From: Candidatus Latescibacterota bacterium
GTDB lineage: Bacteria; Latescibacterota; UBA2968; UBA8231
Direction: 5' to 3'
DNA length: 64,000 nucleotides
Assembly: GCA_965217585.1 (NCBI GenBank)
Contig: OZ244561.1
Coordinates: 576,001-640,000, forward strand
The notes beneath the pieces were generated by a model that was not told the DNA's origin, ran no database searches, and saw nothing but the letters and a program-made list of their open reading frames with translations. Below, piece after piece: positions 45,716 through 56,345 of the stretch (within the stretch, counting starts at the first letter, position 1; each line of letters opens with the position of its first letter). The translations under genes were made by a program, and so were the position numbers.

Positions 45716-47614
45716 ATGTCCGAAGACGTCCACACCGAAAATCCACAAGTCGAAAAACGGGCTTTTCAAACCGAGGTCCAACAGGTACTGCACCTGCTGG
45801 TCCATTCGCTGTACACCCAAAAAGAAATTTTCTTGCGCGAGCTGATCTCCAATGCCTCAGACGCGCTGGACAAAATTCACCACCGCTCGCTGACCGACCG
45901 CAATATCCGCGACCCCGACGCCGAATTGGACATTGAGCTCGAGGTGTCGAGCAGCAACAAGACCCTGACCATCCGCGACCGGGGGATCGGCATGACCCGC
46001 GACGAGGTCAATGAGAATATCGGCACCATTGCCCGCTCCGGCTCGGCTGAGTTTACCGCCAAGCTGGCCGACGCCGACGATGAGCAAGAGAAGCTCAAAC
46101 TGATCGGCCAATTCGGGGTGGGCTTCTACTCGGTCTTCATGGTGGCCGACCGAGTGGTGCTCACCACGCGCTCGGCCGACCCAGAAGCCGACGGGGTGCT
46201 GTGGGAATCCACCGGCGACGGGGCCTACACCCTATCCCACGCCGACAAGGCCGACCGCGGCACCGAGATCAAGCTCTACATCCGTTCGGACTGCGAGGAA
46301 TTTCTCGATGCCCACCAGCTAGAGGCCATCATCCGCAAGCACTCGGATTTTGTCGCGTACCCCATCAAGGTCGCCGGCAAACAGGTCAACGACACGGCCG
46401 CGCTGTGGACCCGGCCGCGCAACGAAATTACTCCCGAACAATACAACGAGTTTTACACGCACCTGACCGGCGACCCCGACGAGCCACTCGCGTCCGAGCA
46501 CATCGTCGTGGATGTGCCGATCCAATTCTACGCCGTGCTCTACATTCCCAAGCGCGCACCGGTCCAATGGCTGCACGCAGAGCCGACGATCTCGCTCAAC
46601 CTGCACGTCGCACGGGTTTTTATCCAAGACGACTGCAAGGAGCTTTTGCCGCTGTGGCTGCGCTTTGTGCGCGGCGTGGTTGACTGCGACGACCTGCCGC
46701 TCAACGTCTCGCGCGAAACCCTCCAGCAAAATCCCATCATCACCAAAATCCGCGCCACCTTAGTCCGGCGCATCATCGGCATGTTGGAGGGAATGGCGAA
46801 GAAGGATGAAGAGCAGTACATGGCCTTTTGGCACGCCTGCGGCACCATCCTCAAAGAGGGCGTGGCCACCGATGCCGCGCACCAAGCCCAGCTCGCCAAG
46901 CTCCTGCGCTACCGCTCCTCGCTAGCCGACGACGACACGCCCTACATTTCGTTGCAGAACTACGTCGATCGGATGCAGAGCGAGCAGGACAAGATCTACT
47001 ACCTCGCCGGCGAGAACAAAGAGGCCATCGCCCAAAGCCCCCTGTTGGAGGCCTTCCGCAAGCGCGGCATAGAGGTGCTCTACTTCGACGAACCGGTCGA
47101 TGAATGGGTCATCCAAGGGCTGCAAAAGTTCGCCGACAAAGAGTTTGCGGGCGTGGATGCGGCCGAGCTGAACCTGGACGAGGATGCGGTCAAGTTGGAA
47201 GGGGTCGACGATCAGAAGGCCGAAGCCATCGAGCTGCTCGCCTTTCTCAAGCAGAAGCTCGCCGGCCGGGTCGAGGACGTGGTCGAGTCCAAGCGGCTGA
47301 CCGACAGCCCCTGCCTGCTAGTCGCCAGCCAAGGCGGCTTGAGCCGCAACATGGAGCGGCTGATGAAAATGACCGATCGCGAATTCAAAGGATCACTGCG
47401 CACGCTAGAAATCAATCGCCAACACCCGATCATCCGCAACATGGCCGCCGTACTCAAGCGCGACCGCGACTCCGAGCAATTGGCGAACTGGGCCCATTTT
47501 CTGGTTGATTTCGTATTGTTAGGCGAGGGCACAGTCGAGGATCCACAGCGGCTGAGCCAGAGCTTGCAGTCCATCATGGGAGCGGCCACCGCGCATGCCG
47601 CCGAGGAGAGTTAG
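45716..47614 (+). CDS. htpG: Chaperone HtpG (Hsp90)
   Basis: IFLRELISNASDA, IGQFGVGFYS, LPLNVSRE. Confidence 0.95.
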   Translation: MSEDVHTENPQVEKRAFQTEVQQVLHLLVHSLYTQKEIFLRELISNASDALDKIHHRSLTDRNIRDPDAELDIELEVSSSNKTLTIRDRGIGMTRDEVNENIGTIARSGSAEFTAKLADADDEQEKLKLIGQFGVGFYSVFMVADRVVLTTRSADPEADGVLWESTGDGAYTLSHADKADRGTEIKLYIRSDCEEFLDAHQLEAIIRKHSDFVAYPIKVAGKQVNDTAALWTRPRNEITPEQYNEFYTHLTGDPDEPLASEHIVVDVPIQFYAVLYIPKRAPVQWLHAEPTISLNLHVARVFIQDDCKELLPLWLRFVRGVVDCDDLPLNVSRETLQQNPIITKIRATLVRRIIGMLEGMAKKDEEQYMAFWHACGTILKEGVATDAAHQAQLAKLLRYRSSLADDDTPYISLQNYVDRMQSEQDKIYYLAGENKEAIAQSPLLEAFRKRGIEVLYFDEPVDEWVIQGLQKFADKEFAGVDAAELNLDEDAVKLEGVDDQKAEAIELLAFLKQKLAGRVEDVVESKRLTDSPCLLVASQGGLSRNMERLMKMTDREFKGSLRTLEINRQHPIIRNMAAVLKRDRDSEQLANWAHFLVDFVLLGEGTVEDPQRLSQSLQSIMGAATAHAAEES

Positions 47615-47616
47615 AC

Positions 47617-48930
47617 ATGTCCGATCAAGTGCGCCAACAAGCCCAAGCGGCACGCGCAGCGTCGCGCACCCTCGCCGCAACTTCCGAAGAGGTGCGCAAC
47701 CAAGCCCTCGAAGCTATTGCCGCGGCCCTCGAAGCAAATCGCGAGCGCATCTTGGGCGCCAACGCCGAGGACCTAAAAGCTGGCGAGCAAGATGGGCTGG
47801 CCTCCCCCTTGCTCAAGCGGCTCGACCTGAGCGGGCGCAAATTCGCCAGCACAGTGGAGATGGTGCGCGGCGTCTGCGCCCAGCCCGATCCCCTCGGCCA
47901 GACCCAGAGCGCGACTGAGCTAGACGACCGACTCCACCTCTACCGAGTGACCGTGCCTATCGGCGTGATCGGCGTGATCTTTGAATCCCGGCCCGACGCC
48001 TTGGTGCAGATCGCCGCCCTGTGCCTCAAGTCCGGCAATGCCGCCCTGCTCAAGGGAGGGCGCGAGGCCACCGTGACCAACCAGACCCTCGCCGAAGTAA
48101 TGTGCCAAGCCACGCATGGCATCCTGCCAGAGGGGTGGATGGCGCTCTTGTCCGGCCGCGAGGAAGTCCGCGCCCTCCTCGGCGAGGAAGACCTGATTGA
48201 CCTAATTATCCCGCGCGGCAGCAACGAGTTCGTGCAATACATCATGCACAACACCAAAATCCCGGTCATGGGCCACGCCGACGGAATCTGCCACGTGTAC
48301 GTCGATGCCAGCGCAGATCTAGACAAGGCCGTGCAAATCGCCGTCGATGCCAAGACTCAGTACGTGGCCGTGTGCAACGCGGCTGAGACCCTGCTCGTCC
48401 ACAGTGGCATTGCCCCAGCCTTCTTGCCGCGGGCCGTGCCGGCGCTACTCGCAAGGGACGTGGAACTGCGCGGCGACGAGCGCGCCATTGCCCTCGCCAA
48501 CGCCAACGGGCAAGTCAAGCCGGCCGCCGAATCCGACTGGTCCACCGAATACCTAGACTTGATGCTGGCGGTAAAAGTCGTCGATAGCACGGCCGAGGCC
48601 ATCGAGCACATCAACGCGTACGGCAGCCACCACACCGACGCGATCGTGACCGAGGACCCAGAGGCCGCGCGCACCTTTTTGCGCGAGGTGGATTCAGCGT
48701 CGGTGATTCACAATGCTTCGACGCGCTTTGCCGATGGCTTCAAATACGGGCTAGGGGCCGAGGTCGGCATCAGCACCAACCGCCTGCATAGCCGCGGCCC
48801 GGTGGGGCTGGAGGGCCTCGTCATCTACAAGTACATTCTCCAAGGGGACGGCCACATCGTCGATATGTACGACGGCCAGCAGCAGCGCCCCTTCACCCAT
48901 CGCCCCCTCGACCAACACTGGCAGGCCTAA
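47617..48930 (+). CDS. proA: Glutamate-5-semialdehyde dehydrogenase
   Basis: [43 protein letters not shown]. Confidence 0.95.
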   Translation: MSDQVRQQAQAARAASRTLAATSEEVRNQALEAIAAALEANRERILGANAEDLKAGEQDGLASPLLKRLDLSGRKFASTVEMVRGVCAQPDPLGQTQSATELDDRLHLYRVTVPIGVIGVIFESRPDALVQIAALCLKSGNAALLKGGREATVTNQTLAEVMCQATHGILPEGWMALLSGREEVRALLGEEDLIDLIIPRGSNEFVQYIMHNTKIPVMGHADGICHVYVDASADLDKAVQIAVDAKTQYVAVCNAAETLLVHSGIAPAFLPRAVPALLARDVELRGDERAIALANANGQVKPAAESDWSTEYLDLMLAVKVVDSTAEAIEHINAYGSHHTDAIVTEDPEAARTFLREVDSASVIHNASTRFADGFKYGLGAEVGISTNRLHSRGPVGLEGLVIYKYILQGDGHIVDMYDGQQQRPFTHRPLDQHWQA

Positions 48931-48931
48931 C

Positions 48932-49294
48932 ATGAGCGAGCACACCACGGATTCGACCTATACTCCGGTGGAGCGCCACATCTTTCTCTGCGCCACCCCC
49001 ACCAAGCCCAAGTGCCACAGCGACGGCACTGGGGCCGACTGCTGGGAGTACCTAAAAAAGCGGTTGTCCGAATTGGGCTACGGCCATCCGGGCCGCGGCG
49101 GCATCCACCGCACCAAGGCCGACTGTCTGCGCGTCTGCGAGTCCGGGCCGACGGTCGTGGTGTATCCCGAAGGCGTCTGGTACCACTCCATGACCGTCGA
49201 AAAGCTGGAGCGCATCATCCAAGAGCACTTGATCGGCGGGCAGGTCGTAGAAGAGCTGGTCAACCGCGAGCCGTTCCGCAGCCTGAGCCTGTAG
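48932..49294 (+). CDS. Thioredoxin-like [2Fe-2S] ferredoxin
   Basis: [26 protein letters not shown]. Confidence 0.9.
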   Translation: MSEHTTDSTYTPVERHIFLCATPTKPKCHSDGTGADCWEYLKKRLSELGYGHPGRGGIHRTKADCLRVCESGPTVVVYPEGVWYHSMTVEKLERIIQEHLIGGQVVEELVNREPFRSLSL

Positions 49295-49330
49295 TCGCAC
49301 AGGGACACCCTCAACCGGCCACAAAAGCGC

Positions 49331-50515
49331 ATGGCGAGCAAATCCAAATCCAAACACATCGACCTAGAGATCAAGGACGCCAGCCTGATCTTCGACAGCG
49401 TCTGGAGCGACCTAGAGCAAGAGTTCGGTCGCGCCAAGCTCTGCTTTCCCGGGGAAATTATCTGGCTCGGCGGCGCACCCGGCGCCGGCAAGGGTACCAA
49501 TACCCCCTTCATCCTCGAGGCGCGGGGCATTACGGCCGCAGCCGTGGTAGTCAGCAACTTGCTCGACAGCCCCCGCGCCCAACAGATCAAGAACGCCGGC
49601 GGCTTAGTCGGCGATGAGGAAGTCACCTACCTGCTCTTGCACAAGCTGCTCGACCCGATATACGAGCGCGGCGTGATCGTCGATGGCTTCCCGCGCACCC
49701 AAGTGCAGGTCGAGTGCCTCAAGCTGTTCTACGACAAGATGACCGAATTGCGCGAGGAATTCCGCAATCACAACTTCCCGCGCCCCCTCTTCCGCAGCGT
49801 GTTGCTCTTCGTCGATGAAGAGGTCAGCATCGAGCGCCAGCTCCACCGCGGCCGAGAAGCCCAAGAGCAAAACCGCAAGACCACGGAGTCAGGCGTCGGC
49901 CAGCTCGCCGAGATCCGCGCCACCGACCTCGACCCGGCGGCTGCGCGCAAGCGCTACCAAGTATTCAAGGAAACGACCTTTGAAGCACTGCGCTCGCTGC
50001 GCGCCATTTTTCACTTTCGCTTCATCGACGCCAGCCAGCCGCTCGTCGAGGTGCAACAGGAGATTGAAGAGGAGTTTTCCTACCAGAGTTCGCTGGAGCT
50101 GTCGCACAAGACCTTCGACCGCGTCCGCACCATCATGCCGGCCAGCCGCCTCGTGCTCTACGCCCGCCAAGAACTGGTCAAGCGGCTAGAGATCTACAAC
50201 GAGGACTATCCCGAGCTGTTTCAGCGGGTCATCGACAAAGTCAACTCCAAGTTCATGCCCATTGTCACCCGCTATGCCATTACCGGCATGACGCTCGTCA
50301 ACTCCGAGGACACGCTCTTTGACGACCCTTTGGCCTTAGCTATGCTAATCGACATCTTTTCCGAGCGCGGCTATCAGGCTCTCGTCGATGTCAACCACGT
50401 CGAGGTCCCCCACCGCATCGACCCCCACACGCACGAAATCATCTGCCAGCAAAAGCGCGTCTATCGCTTTCAGATTCGCTTTGCAGCCTCGGCCATTCGG
50501 CACGGGAACTACTAG
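49331..50515 (+). CDS. Adenylate kinase-like nucleoside monophosphate kinase with long C-terminal extension
   Basis: GGAPGAGKGT, GGLVGD, DGFPRT..Q. Confidence 0.8.
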   Translation: MASKSKSKHIDLEIKDASLIFDSVWSDLEQEFGRAKLCFPGEIIWLGGAPGAGKGTNTPFILEARGITAAAVVVSNLLDSPRAQQIKNAGGLVGDEEVTYLLLHKLLDPIYERGVIVDGFPRTQVQVECLKLFYDKMTELREEFRNHNFPRPLFRSVLLFVDEEVSIERQLHRGREAQEQNRKTTESGVGQLAEIRATDLDPAAARKRYQVFKETTFEALRSLRAIFHFRFIDASQPLVEVQQEIEEEFSYQSSLELSHKTFDRVRTIMPASRLVLYARQELVKRLEIYNEDYPELFQRVIDKVNSKFMPIVTRYAITGMTLVNSEDTLFDDPLALAMLIDIFSERGYQALVDVNHVEVPHRIDPHTHEIICQQKRVYRFQIRFAASAIRHGNY

Positions 50516-51534
50516 CCCGGCCCGATCTGCCCCTCTGCGAGCATGGTAATCAGGGCCGAGTCGTCCACGTCGAGGGGGAGCAACACCCGGCCACGGCGGC
50601 GACTCGACTCATAGGTAGCAAAAATCAGTTCGGTCGCTTGCAGGGCCTTGCGTGCCGACAGACGCGGCTCCGCACCGCTTGCGAGACAGGCGATCAGGTC
50701 GAGCACCGACAGCACGGTGTCGCCACCTGGCGGGACGACATCGGCGATCTCTTCATCCGCAAAGTCCTGCCACGCCGCACCCACGCGCAACAGCCGCAGT
50801 GGTGCGCGCGCCGCGCCGCCGATTTCGATGATGCCCTCGCTGCCGATGAGGCGGTTGCGCGGGCCTTGCACGTGCGCGCCCCCCGTGCCGAGCAGGCCCT
50901 CGACGCCGTTTTGCCAGCGGACCCACGACAGGCCGCTGCTCTCTAAGGGCACGCCAAAGACCGCGTGTTCGGATTCGACGGCAATCTGGCCCATGACCCA
51001 TTCGGCGGGCACTTCGTCGTTGTAAAAGAAGAACATGTCAAACCAATGCGTGCCCCAATCAAACAGGTTGGAACACGCGCCTTCGAGCCGCTGGAGCGCG
51101 CCTATGGCCCCTGCGTCGAGCAATTGTTTGGCCTTGACAAACGGGGCACCAAAGCGGCGCTGGTGGCTGAAAGTGAGGAGCACGTCGCGGTCGGCGCAGG
51201 CCTGGGCCAGCGCCTTGGCGTCGCCCCACGTGCTGGCCATGGGCTTTTCGCAGTGGATGGCTTTGACGCCGGCTGCGGCCGCGGCTTCGACCATTTCGCG
51301 GTGCTGGCCGGTCCACGTGCAGACGCTCACCACATCGAGGGCTTCGCGCTCTAGCATGGCGCGGTAATCTTCGTACGGGGATGCTACGGCAAAGTCCTCG
51401 GCAAAGGACGCGCGCACCGCGGCCACTGGGTCGGCACAGGCGGCGATTGCAACTTGGGCGGCGGCTTGGTAGCCCTCGGCGTGGCGGCGACCGCGATTGC
51501 CGCAGCCGATCACACCGGCTTTGTACATAGTCAT
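50512..51534 (-). CDS. Gfo/Idh/MocA family oxidoreductase
   Basis: GVIGCG, CEKPMA, HQRRF, DWGTH. Confidence 0.85.
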   Translation of the reverse strand: MTMYKAGVIGCGNRGRRHAEGYQAAAQVAIAACADPVAAVRASFAEDFAVASPYEDYRAMLEREALDVVSVCTWTGQHREMVEAAAAAGVKAIHCEKPMASTWGDAKALAQACADRDVLLTFSHQRRFGAPFVKAKQLLDAGAIGALQRLEGACSNLFDWGTHWFDMFFFYNDEVPAEWVMGQIAVESEHAVFGVPLESSGLSWVRWQNGVEGLLGTGGAHVQGPRNRLIGSEGIIEIGGAARAPLRLLRVGAAWQDFADEEIADVVPPGGDTVLSVLDLIACLASGAEPRLSARKALQATELIFATYESSRRRGRVLLPLDVDDSALITMLAEGQIGPG

Positions 51535-51550
51535 TTTCTTACCGCGTTCC

Positions 51551-51802
51551 TCAGCCTCCGGCTTTAGACACAAGAATGGACAAATGAACCCACATAGCGG
51601 CGATTATGGTCATTATGCCCAAAATTCCGACAACTAGTCGGTTATTGGTCTCCTTGTTGGCATCGGCTATAACCTTCCGCAGCTCGGCCATGTCTTGCCT
51701 GTGGGCGTCCTCAAAACGGTCTAACTGCTTTGATACCTGTCTAAATTCTCCCCGCATTTCGCTTTGTTGTTCCCTAATATCGGCTTGGGTTTGCTCGGTC
51801 AT
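51551..51802 (-). CDS. Small coiled-coil protein with C-terminal transmembrane helix
   Basis: GGAG RBS before ATG 51802; amphipathic N-terminus followed by LVVGILGIMTIIAAMWV; lower GC. Confidence 0.6.
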   Translation of the reverse strand: MTEQTQADIREQQSEMRGEFRQVSKQLDRFEDAHRQDMAELRKVIADANKETNNRLVVGILGIMTIIAAMWVHLSILVSKAGG

Positions 51803-51926
51803 GGCGTAGTCTCCTGTGGCTTGGGTTTCGCCGTCCTGCTCGGCAAGCAAATATCTAAGGGGCTTTACGACCTAAAGGCTTAGAGGTAAGATAGGAAATC
51901 AACCCTACTATCAACAGGAGAACGCC

Positions 51927-52754
51927 ATGCCCATCACCGACGCCCTCCCCGACATGGAGCGCGTGCTCAAATTTTTCAGCGCGACCAACGACAACCCCCA
52001 AAAGCTCACCCACGCCCAGATCCACCAGTTCAACGAACAGGGCTACATCTGCCCCTTGGACGTGTTTACGCCAGAGGAAGCAGCGGCCAATCGCCGCTAT
52101 TTCGACGCGCTCATGGACCAAGCCAAGGCCCACGGACACAACAGCTACTCGATCAACGGCTGGCATCGCCACTGCCGGGGCATCTACGACTTGTTGCACG
52201 AGCCGCGCATTCTCGATTACGTCGCAGACCTCCTCGGCCCCAACCTCGTCAGCGTTATGACCCACTACTTTTGCAAGGAGCCGGGCGAACAAAAACAAGT
52301 CGTCTGGCACCAAGACGCCTCGTACTGGCCGCTGACCCCGAGCAAGGTGGTGACCGCTTGGCTGGCCATCGACGATGTGGACGAAGAAACCGGGCCGATG
52401 ACCGTCGTCCCCGGCTCGCATTTGCACGGGCAGATTCCCTTTGAGCACAGCACCGCCGAGGAGCAAAATGTCTTGGGACAGAGCGTACACGATCCGCTCC
52501 AGTGGGGCGGTGAGCCAGTGGCCTTTACCATGCGCGCCGGCCAGATGTCCCTGCACACCGACCTGCTCTTGCACGGCTCGGTCCCCAACCGCTCCACGCG
52601 CCGCCGCTGCGGCCTGACGCTGCGCTACATGCCGCCCGAGGTGCGCACCCGCGAAGAGAAACGCGCCAACGGTTACATCTGCCGGGGCACCGACCCGTGC
52701 GGCTACTGGATCAACCTCCCCGTGCCGACCGGCGACGAGGTGCCACCGAGGTAG
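51927..52754 (+). CDS. Phytanoyl-CoA dioxygenase family protein
   Basis: WHQDASYW, TAWLAIDD, PGSH, LLHGS.PN...RR. Confidence 0.9.
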   Translation: MPITDALPDMERVLKFFSATNDNPQKLTHAQIHQFNEQGYICPLDVFTPEEAAANRRYFDALMDQAKAHGHNSYSINGWHRHCRGIYDLLHEPRILDYVADLLGPNLVSVMTHYFCKEPGEQKQVVWHQDASYWPLTPSKVVTAWLAIDDVDEETGPMTVVPGSHLHGQIPFEHSTAEEQNVLGQSVHDPLQWGGEPVAFTMRAGQMSLHTDLLLHGSVPNRSTRRRCGLTLRYMPPEVRTREEKRANGYICRGTDPCGYWINLPVPTGDEVPPR

Positions 52755-52759
52755 CTTCC

Positions 52760-53725
52760 GTGCCCCTGCCGGAAACCTTTCGCGCCCGCTTGCAGGCCAT
52801 ACTTCCGGCCGAGCACTTTGCCGCCTGCTGGCAGAGCTTGGCCTCCGAGCAGCCTACGGCCTTCCGCGTCAACTCTCTCAAAGGCACGCCTGACGCTCTC
52901 GTTGCCGATCTAACGGCTGCGGGCTTCGCGCTGACGCCATTGAGTTGGAAGGCCGACGCCTTTGTCGTCCCGGCTGACCAGCGCCGCGCCCTCACCGAGT
53001 GCACAGCCTACCGCGAAGGCCGGCTCTACATCCAAAACCCCTCCAGCATGGTGCCGCCGATGCTCCTGTCACCGCAAAGCGAGGAGTGCATTCTCGATCT
53101 CGGGGCCGCTCCGGGCAGCAAGACCTTGCAGCTCGCCGAGCTGATGGGCAATCAAGGACGCATCTGGGCTGTGGAGTCCGTGCGCGGCCGCTTCTTTCGC
53201 CTGCGGGACAATCTGGCGCGGCACGGAGCCGAAAACGTGCAAGCCCATCTCGCTGACGGAACCCGCATCTGGCGTCGCCACTCAGAGCGCTTCGACCGCG
53301 TGCTCCTCGACGCGCCGTGCTCGTCCGAAGGACGGTTCCGCGCCGATGCGCCCAAGACCTATGCCTATTGGAGCGGGAAGAAGATCGCCGAGGCCAGCCG
53401 CAAACAGCGGCGGCTCTGCTACTCGGCCGTGCAATGCCTCAAGCCGGGCGGGGTGTTGGTCTATTCGACCTGCACCTTCGCGCCCGAAGAAAACGAGGCC
53501 ATCATCAACCGAGTGCTGCGGCAGTTCGCCGGTGCCCTAACCGTCGAGGACATCGCGCTGCCTTTTGCCAATGCGGCACCGGGCTTGAGCGAGTGGCGAG
53601 GGAAGGCGTTTGACGATCAGGTGCAGCGGGCCAAGCGGATTTTGCCGCTGGGGGGAATGGAGGGATTTTTCGTGTGCCGGTTGCGGAAGACGGAGAGTAC
53701 CGTTAGCGACCCACCTCGGCGCTAA
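52760..53725 (+). CDS. RsmB/RsmF/NOP2 family RNA m5C methyltransferase
   Basis: LDLGAAPGSKT, LDAPCS.EG, VYSTCTFAPEENE. Confidence 0.9.
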   Translation: MPLPETFRARLQAILPAEHFAACWQSLASEQPTAFRVNSLKGTPDALVADLTAAGFALTPLSWKADAFVVPADQRRALTECTAYREGRLYIQNPSSMVPPMLLSPQSEECILDLGAAPGSKTLQLAELMGNQGRIWAVESVRGRFFRLRDNLARHGAENVQAHLADGTRIWRRHSERFDRVLLDAPCSSEGRFRADAPKTYAYWSGKKIAEASRKQRRLCYSAVQCLKPGGVLVYSTCTFAPEENEAIINRVLRQFAGALTVEDIALPFANAAPGLSEWRGKAFDDQVQRAKRILPLGGMEGFFVCRLRKTESTVSDPPRR

Positions 53726-55799
53726 GCCCCAAGCGCCAAGTACGGCCTGGAGCAGGTTCAAAGAAGCGGCCTCCAAAGGCGTTGGGCACCACCGAGCCGT
53801 TGTACTGGGTGTCAAACAGGTTCTCGACCGCGACAAAGGCCCTCGCGGTGCGATAGTCGATCCCCAACCGCAGATCCACCCGCATATACGCGCGGTTGAA
53901 AAACTCGTCAGGCGCGGACTCGCTCCCGGGCGGTGGGCCGTTGAAATCGTTTGCCCAGTAGCGGCCGACCTGCTCTAATTCGACCTCGGTAAACAGGCCC
54001 TGCGGACTCTCGTAACTCAGCGCGGCGAAGAGCCGGTGGCGCGGCACGCCCGGCACCTCATTGCCAGCGAGCTGAACAAGTTCACCAGCGGTCTCAACCT
54101 CGTAGTCCTCAAAAACATAGTCGCCAAAGGTGTACGCGAGAGTAGTCCGTAGCCCGGGATGCGGCACCGCCGAGAGCGAGAGCTCCAACCCTCGATTGCG
54201 CGCTTGGCCGGCGTTGCGGAAGTAAATCTCCTCGCTGTCTTCACTCTCGACCTGAAAGGGAATCAGCGCGTCGGCGATCTGGAGTTGATACAAGGCCACC
54301 TCCAAATCCAAGCGCGCCCGGCGCACGTGGCGACGCAATCCCGTCTCCAACCCGAGCACGCGCTCAGGGCCTAGATCCGGATTGAAGCCGCCCTCCCCGC
54401 TGGGCCGGTTGCCCAACTCAGAGGTGGTGGGCGTTTGGAAGGCCGTGGCAACATGGGCGTACCAGCGGGAGAAAGGGTCGAGGCGGTACACCACGCCCGC
54501 CATCGGACTGAACTGGCCCATGTCGCGCGCGAGGTCGTCCACGGCAAAGCGGTAGCGGTCGTAGCGACCGCCGACGGTCGCAGTCAACGAGGCCCCAAAA
54601 TCTTGCTCCAAGGAGACAAACGGCCCGAAGCTCCGCACCTGTTCCTCTTGATTTATCTGCTCCTCACCGTATTGCACGAGTTCGAATACGCGCTCGTCGT
54701 CCACGCGCACGTCCTCGGGCAAGCCCTCGTTGGCGAACTCGCGGCGGTCGTCGCGCTGAAAATCCAAATCGAGGCCGGTCACAAGGCGCGTACCGGCCCA
54801 AGCAAATTGATGCTCGGTGCGCAGGCCGCCGGCGCGGCGGTCGAGCTCGACAATGCGGCCTGGAATGGGGTTTTTGAGTGCGCGGCCAACGCCGTATAGC
54901 ACGAGACTCGACGCGCGGTGGTGCGGCGCGTGCGGCGGGCGATATTCGAGGCGGATGCCGCCTTGGCCCTGGCGAACCTGCTTGGATGCCCCCTGCCCCA
55001 CCACGAATCCGCGGACGCTACGCGGGCTGGTCCGCGCGGCTTCCGCAGCGAGCGAACTCGGATTGAACAAATAGGGGGCATCGTATAAATGCAGCAGGAG
55101 CGTCAACTCCGTATGGGGAGTTAGGGAATGGCCAACGCGCGCGTTAAGGCCTCGGGCGCGGGCGTCGGCGTAGTCGCGGTAGCCCTCGCTGCGCAGGTCG
55201 TACAAGCTGGCGAATACGTGGGTTTTAGCGGCGCGACCCGAAAAGTTCGTCTGCGCGCGGAGCAGACCATTGCTGCCGGCGATCAAGCGCGGCTCCACGC
55301 GCCAAGCAGCTTCTACCGGAGCTTGGGTGTGGGCCGCGAGCACGCCGCCGCCCGCATTGCCGTACAGCGAAGAGCTGGGGCCGCGCAAGATCTCGATGCG
55401 GCCGGTTGACCCCAAGTCGAGGTTGTTGAGCTGGCTCTGGCCGTCGGGCATGGTCAGGGGAATGCCGTCGAGCAAGACCTTGATCCCGCGGACGCCAAAG
55501 GCCGCGCGCGCCCCTAAGCCGCGCACGCTAAGCCGATCGCCTTGGGAAAGATTGTGGCGATTGGCGATGAACAGCCCGGGCACCGGACGCAGCGACTCGG
55601 CCAGCGAGAGCCCGGGCCGGGCACGCCCGACATCCGCGATCACGGTCGTGGCAAGCGGCAGATCAAATCCCTCGCGGGGCGCACGCGTCGCCGTGACTTC
55701 GGTGGGGGGCATTTGGTAGCGGGGCTCAGGATCGGCGGCGCGGGCAACTGCGGCGATCAGGATTAGCGCTAGGCACTGGATTAACTGGTTTTTTTTCAT
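53703..55799 (-). CDS. TonB-dependent receptor
   Basis: VTATR, RGLGARAAFGVRGI..DGIP, EILRGPSSSLYGNAGGG, ENLFD, PAPGR. Confidence 0.9.
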   Translation of the reverse strand: MKKNQLIQCLALILIAAVARAADPEPRYQMPPTEVTATRAPREGFDLPLATTVIADVGRARPGLSLAESLRPVPGLFIANRHNLSQGDRLSVRGLGARAAFGVRGIKVLLDGIPLTMPDGQSQLNNLDLGSTGRIEILRGPSSSLYGNAGGGVLAAHTQAPVEAAWRVEPRLIAGSNGLLRAQTNFSGRAAKTHVFASLYDLRSEGYRDYADARARGLNARVGHSLTPHTELTLLLHLYDAPYLFNPSSLAAEAARTSPRSVRGFVVGQGASKQVRQGQGGIRLEYRPPHAPHHRASSLVLYGVGRALKNPIPGRIVELDRRAGGLRTEHQFAWAGTRLVTGLDLDFQRDDRREFANEGLPEDVRVDDERVFELVQYGEEQINQEEQVRSFGPFVSLEQDFGASLTATVGGRYDRYRFAVDDLARDMGQFSPMAGVVYRLDPFSRWYAHVATAFQTPTTSELGNRPSGEGGFNPDLGPERVLGLETGLRRHVRRARLDLEVALYQLQIADALIPFQVESEDSEEIYFRNAGQARNRGLELSLSAVPHPGLRTTLAYTFGDYVFEDYEVETAGELVQLAGNEVPGVPRHRLFAALSYESPQGLFTEVELEQVGRYWANDFNGPPPGSESAPDEFFNRAYMRVDLRLGIDYRTARAFVAVENLFDTQYNGSVVPNAFGGRFFEPAPGRTWRLGLSAEVGR

Positions 55800-55856
55800 A
55801 GCATTTAAAGAACACCACGAAGAAATACAGACGCAAACCGAGAGTTGGGACCAGCC

Positions 55857-56306
55857 ATGATCATGGGGATCTCACTAGTGCTGTTGCTGGGCGGGTGTTT
55901 TGCCACAGAAGACGTACCGAGCGGCTCGGTGGACGTGCTGCGTAGCGAAGTAGAGTTTGTCGAAGACGAGGGACTGGAGGGCAGCGTGTCGATCGACAGC
56001 TTGACTTGGTGGCCGTTTTTTCCACAGCCGGGCTTCGGAGAAACAGCAGAAGTCGAGGGAGTCTTTGTGGCCGTGTTTCGCAATGTCGGCGAATCTACCG
56101 TGTGGGTGCGCTACGACTTGCGGTTTTTCGACCAAGAGGAATTTCTAATCGACGCGTATATACCGCTTGGGCAGCCGGTAGTCCTCAGCGCCGGAGAAGA
56201 ACAACGCGTGGAGGGAGATTTTCTAATTCGCACCGACGATCCGCGCGACTTTGGGCGGCTCGCCCTGATGAGGCTCGTAGCGCGCATCAGACGGCCCGAG
56301 GAGTAG
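55857..56306 (+). CDS. Putative lipoprotein
   Basis: Hydrophobic N-terminus with an LGGC lipobox. Confidence 0.55.
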   Translation: MIMGISLVLLLGGCFATEDVPSGSVDVLRSEVEFVEDEGLEGSVSIDSLTWWPFFPQPGFGETAEVEGVFVAVFRNVGESTVWVRYDLRFFDQEEFLIDAYIPLGQPVVLSAGEEQRVEGDFLIRTDDPRDFGRLALMRLVARIRRPEE

Positions 56307-56345
56307 GACAACCCCTATGGCTGTTCCTTGTTTGAACTATAGCCC

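Noticed and set aside
51803-51900. Riboswitch-like leader (GGCGAAACC) upstream of the small coiled-coil gene
   Set aside because: Could not build the conserved stems of a c-di-GMP or other known riboswitch.
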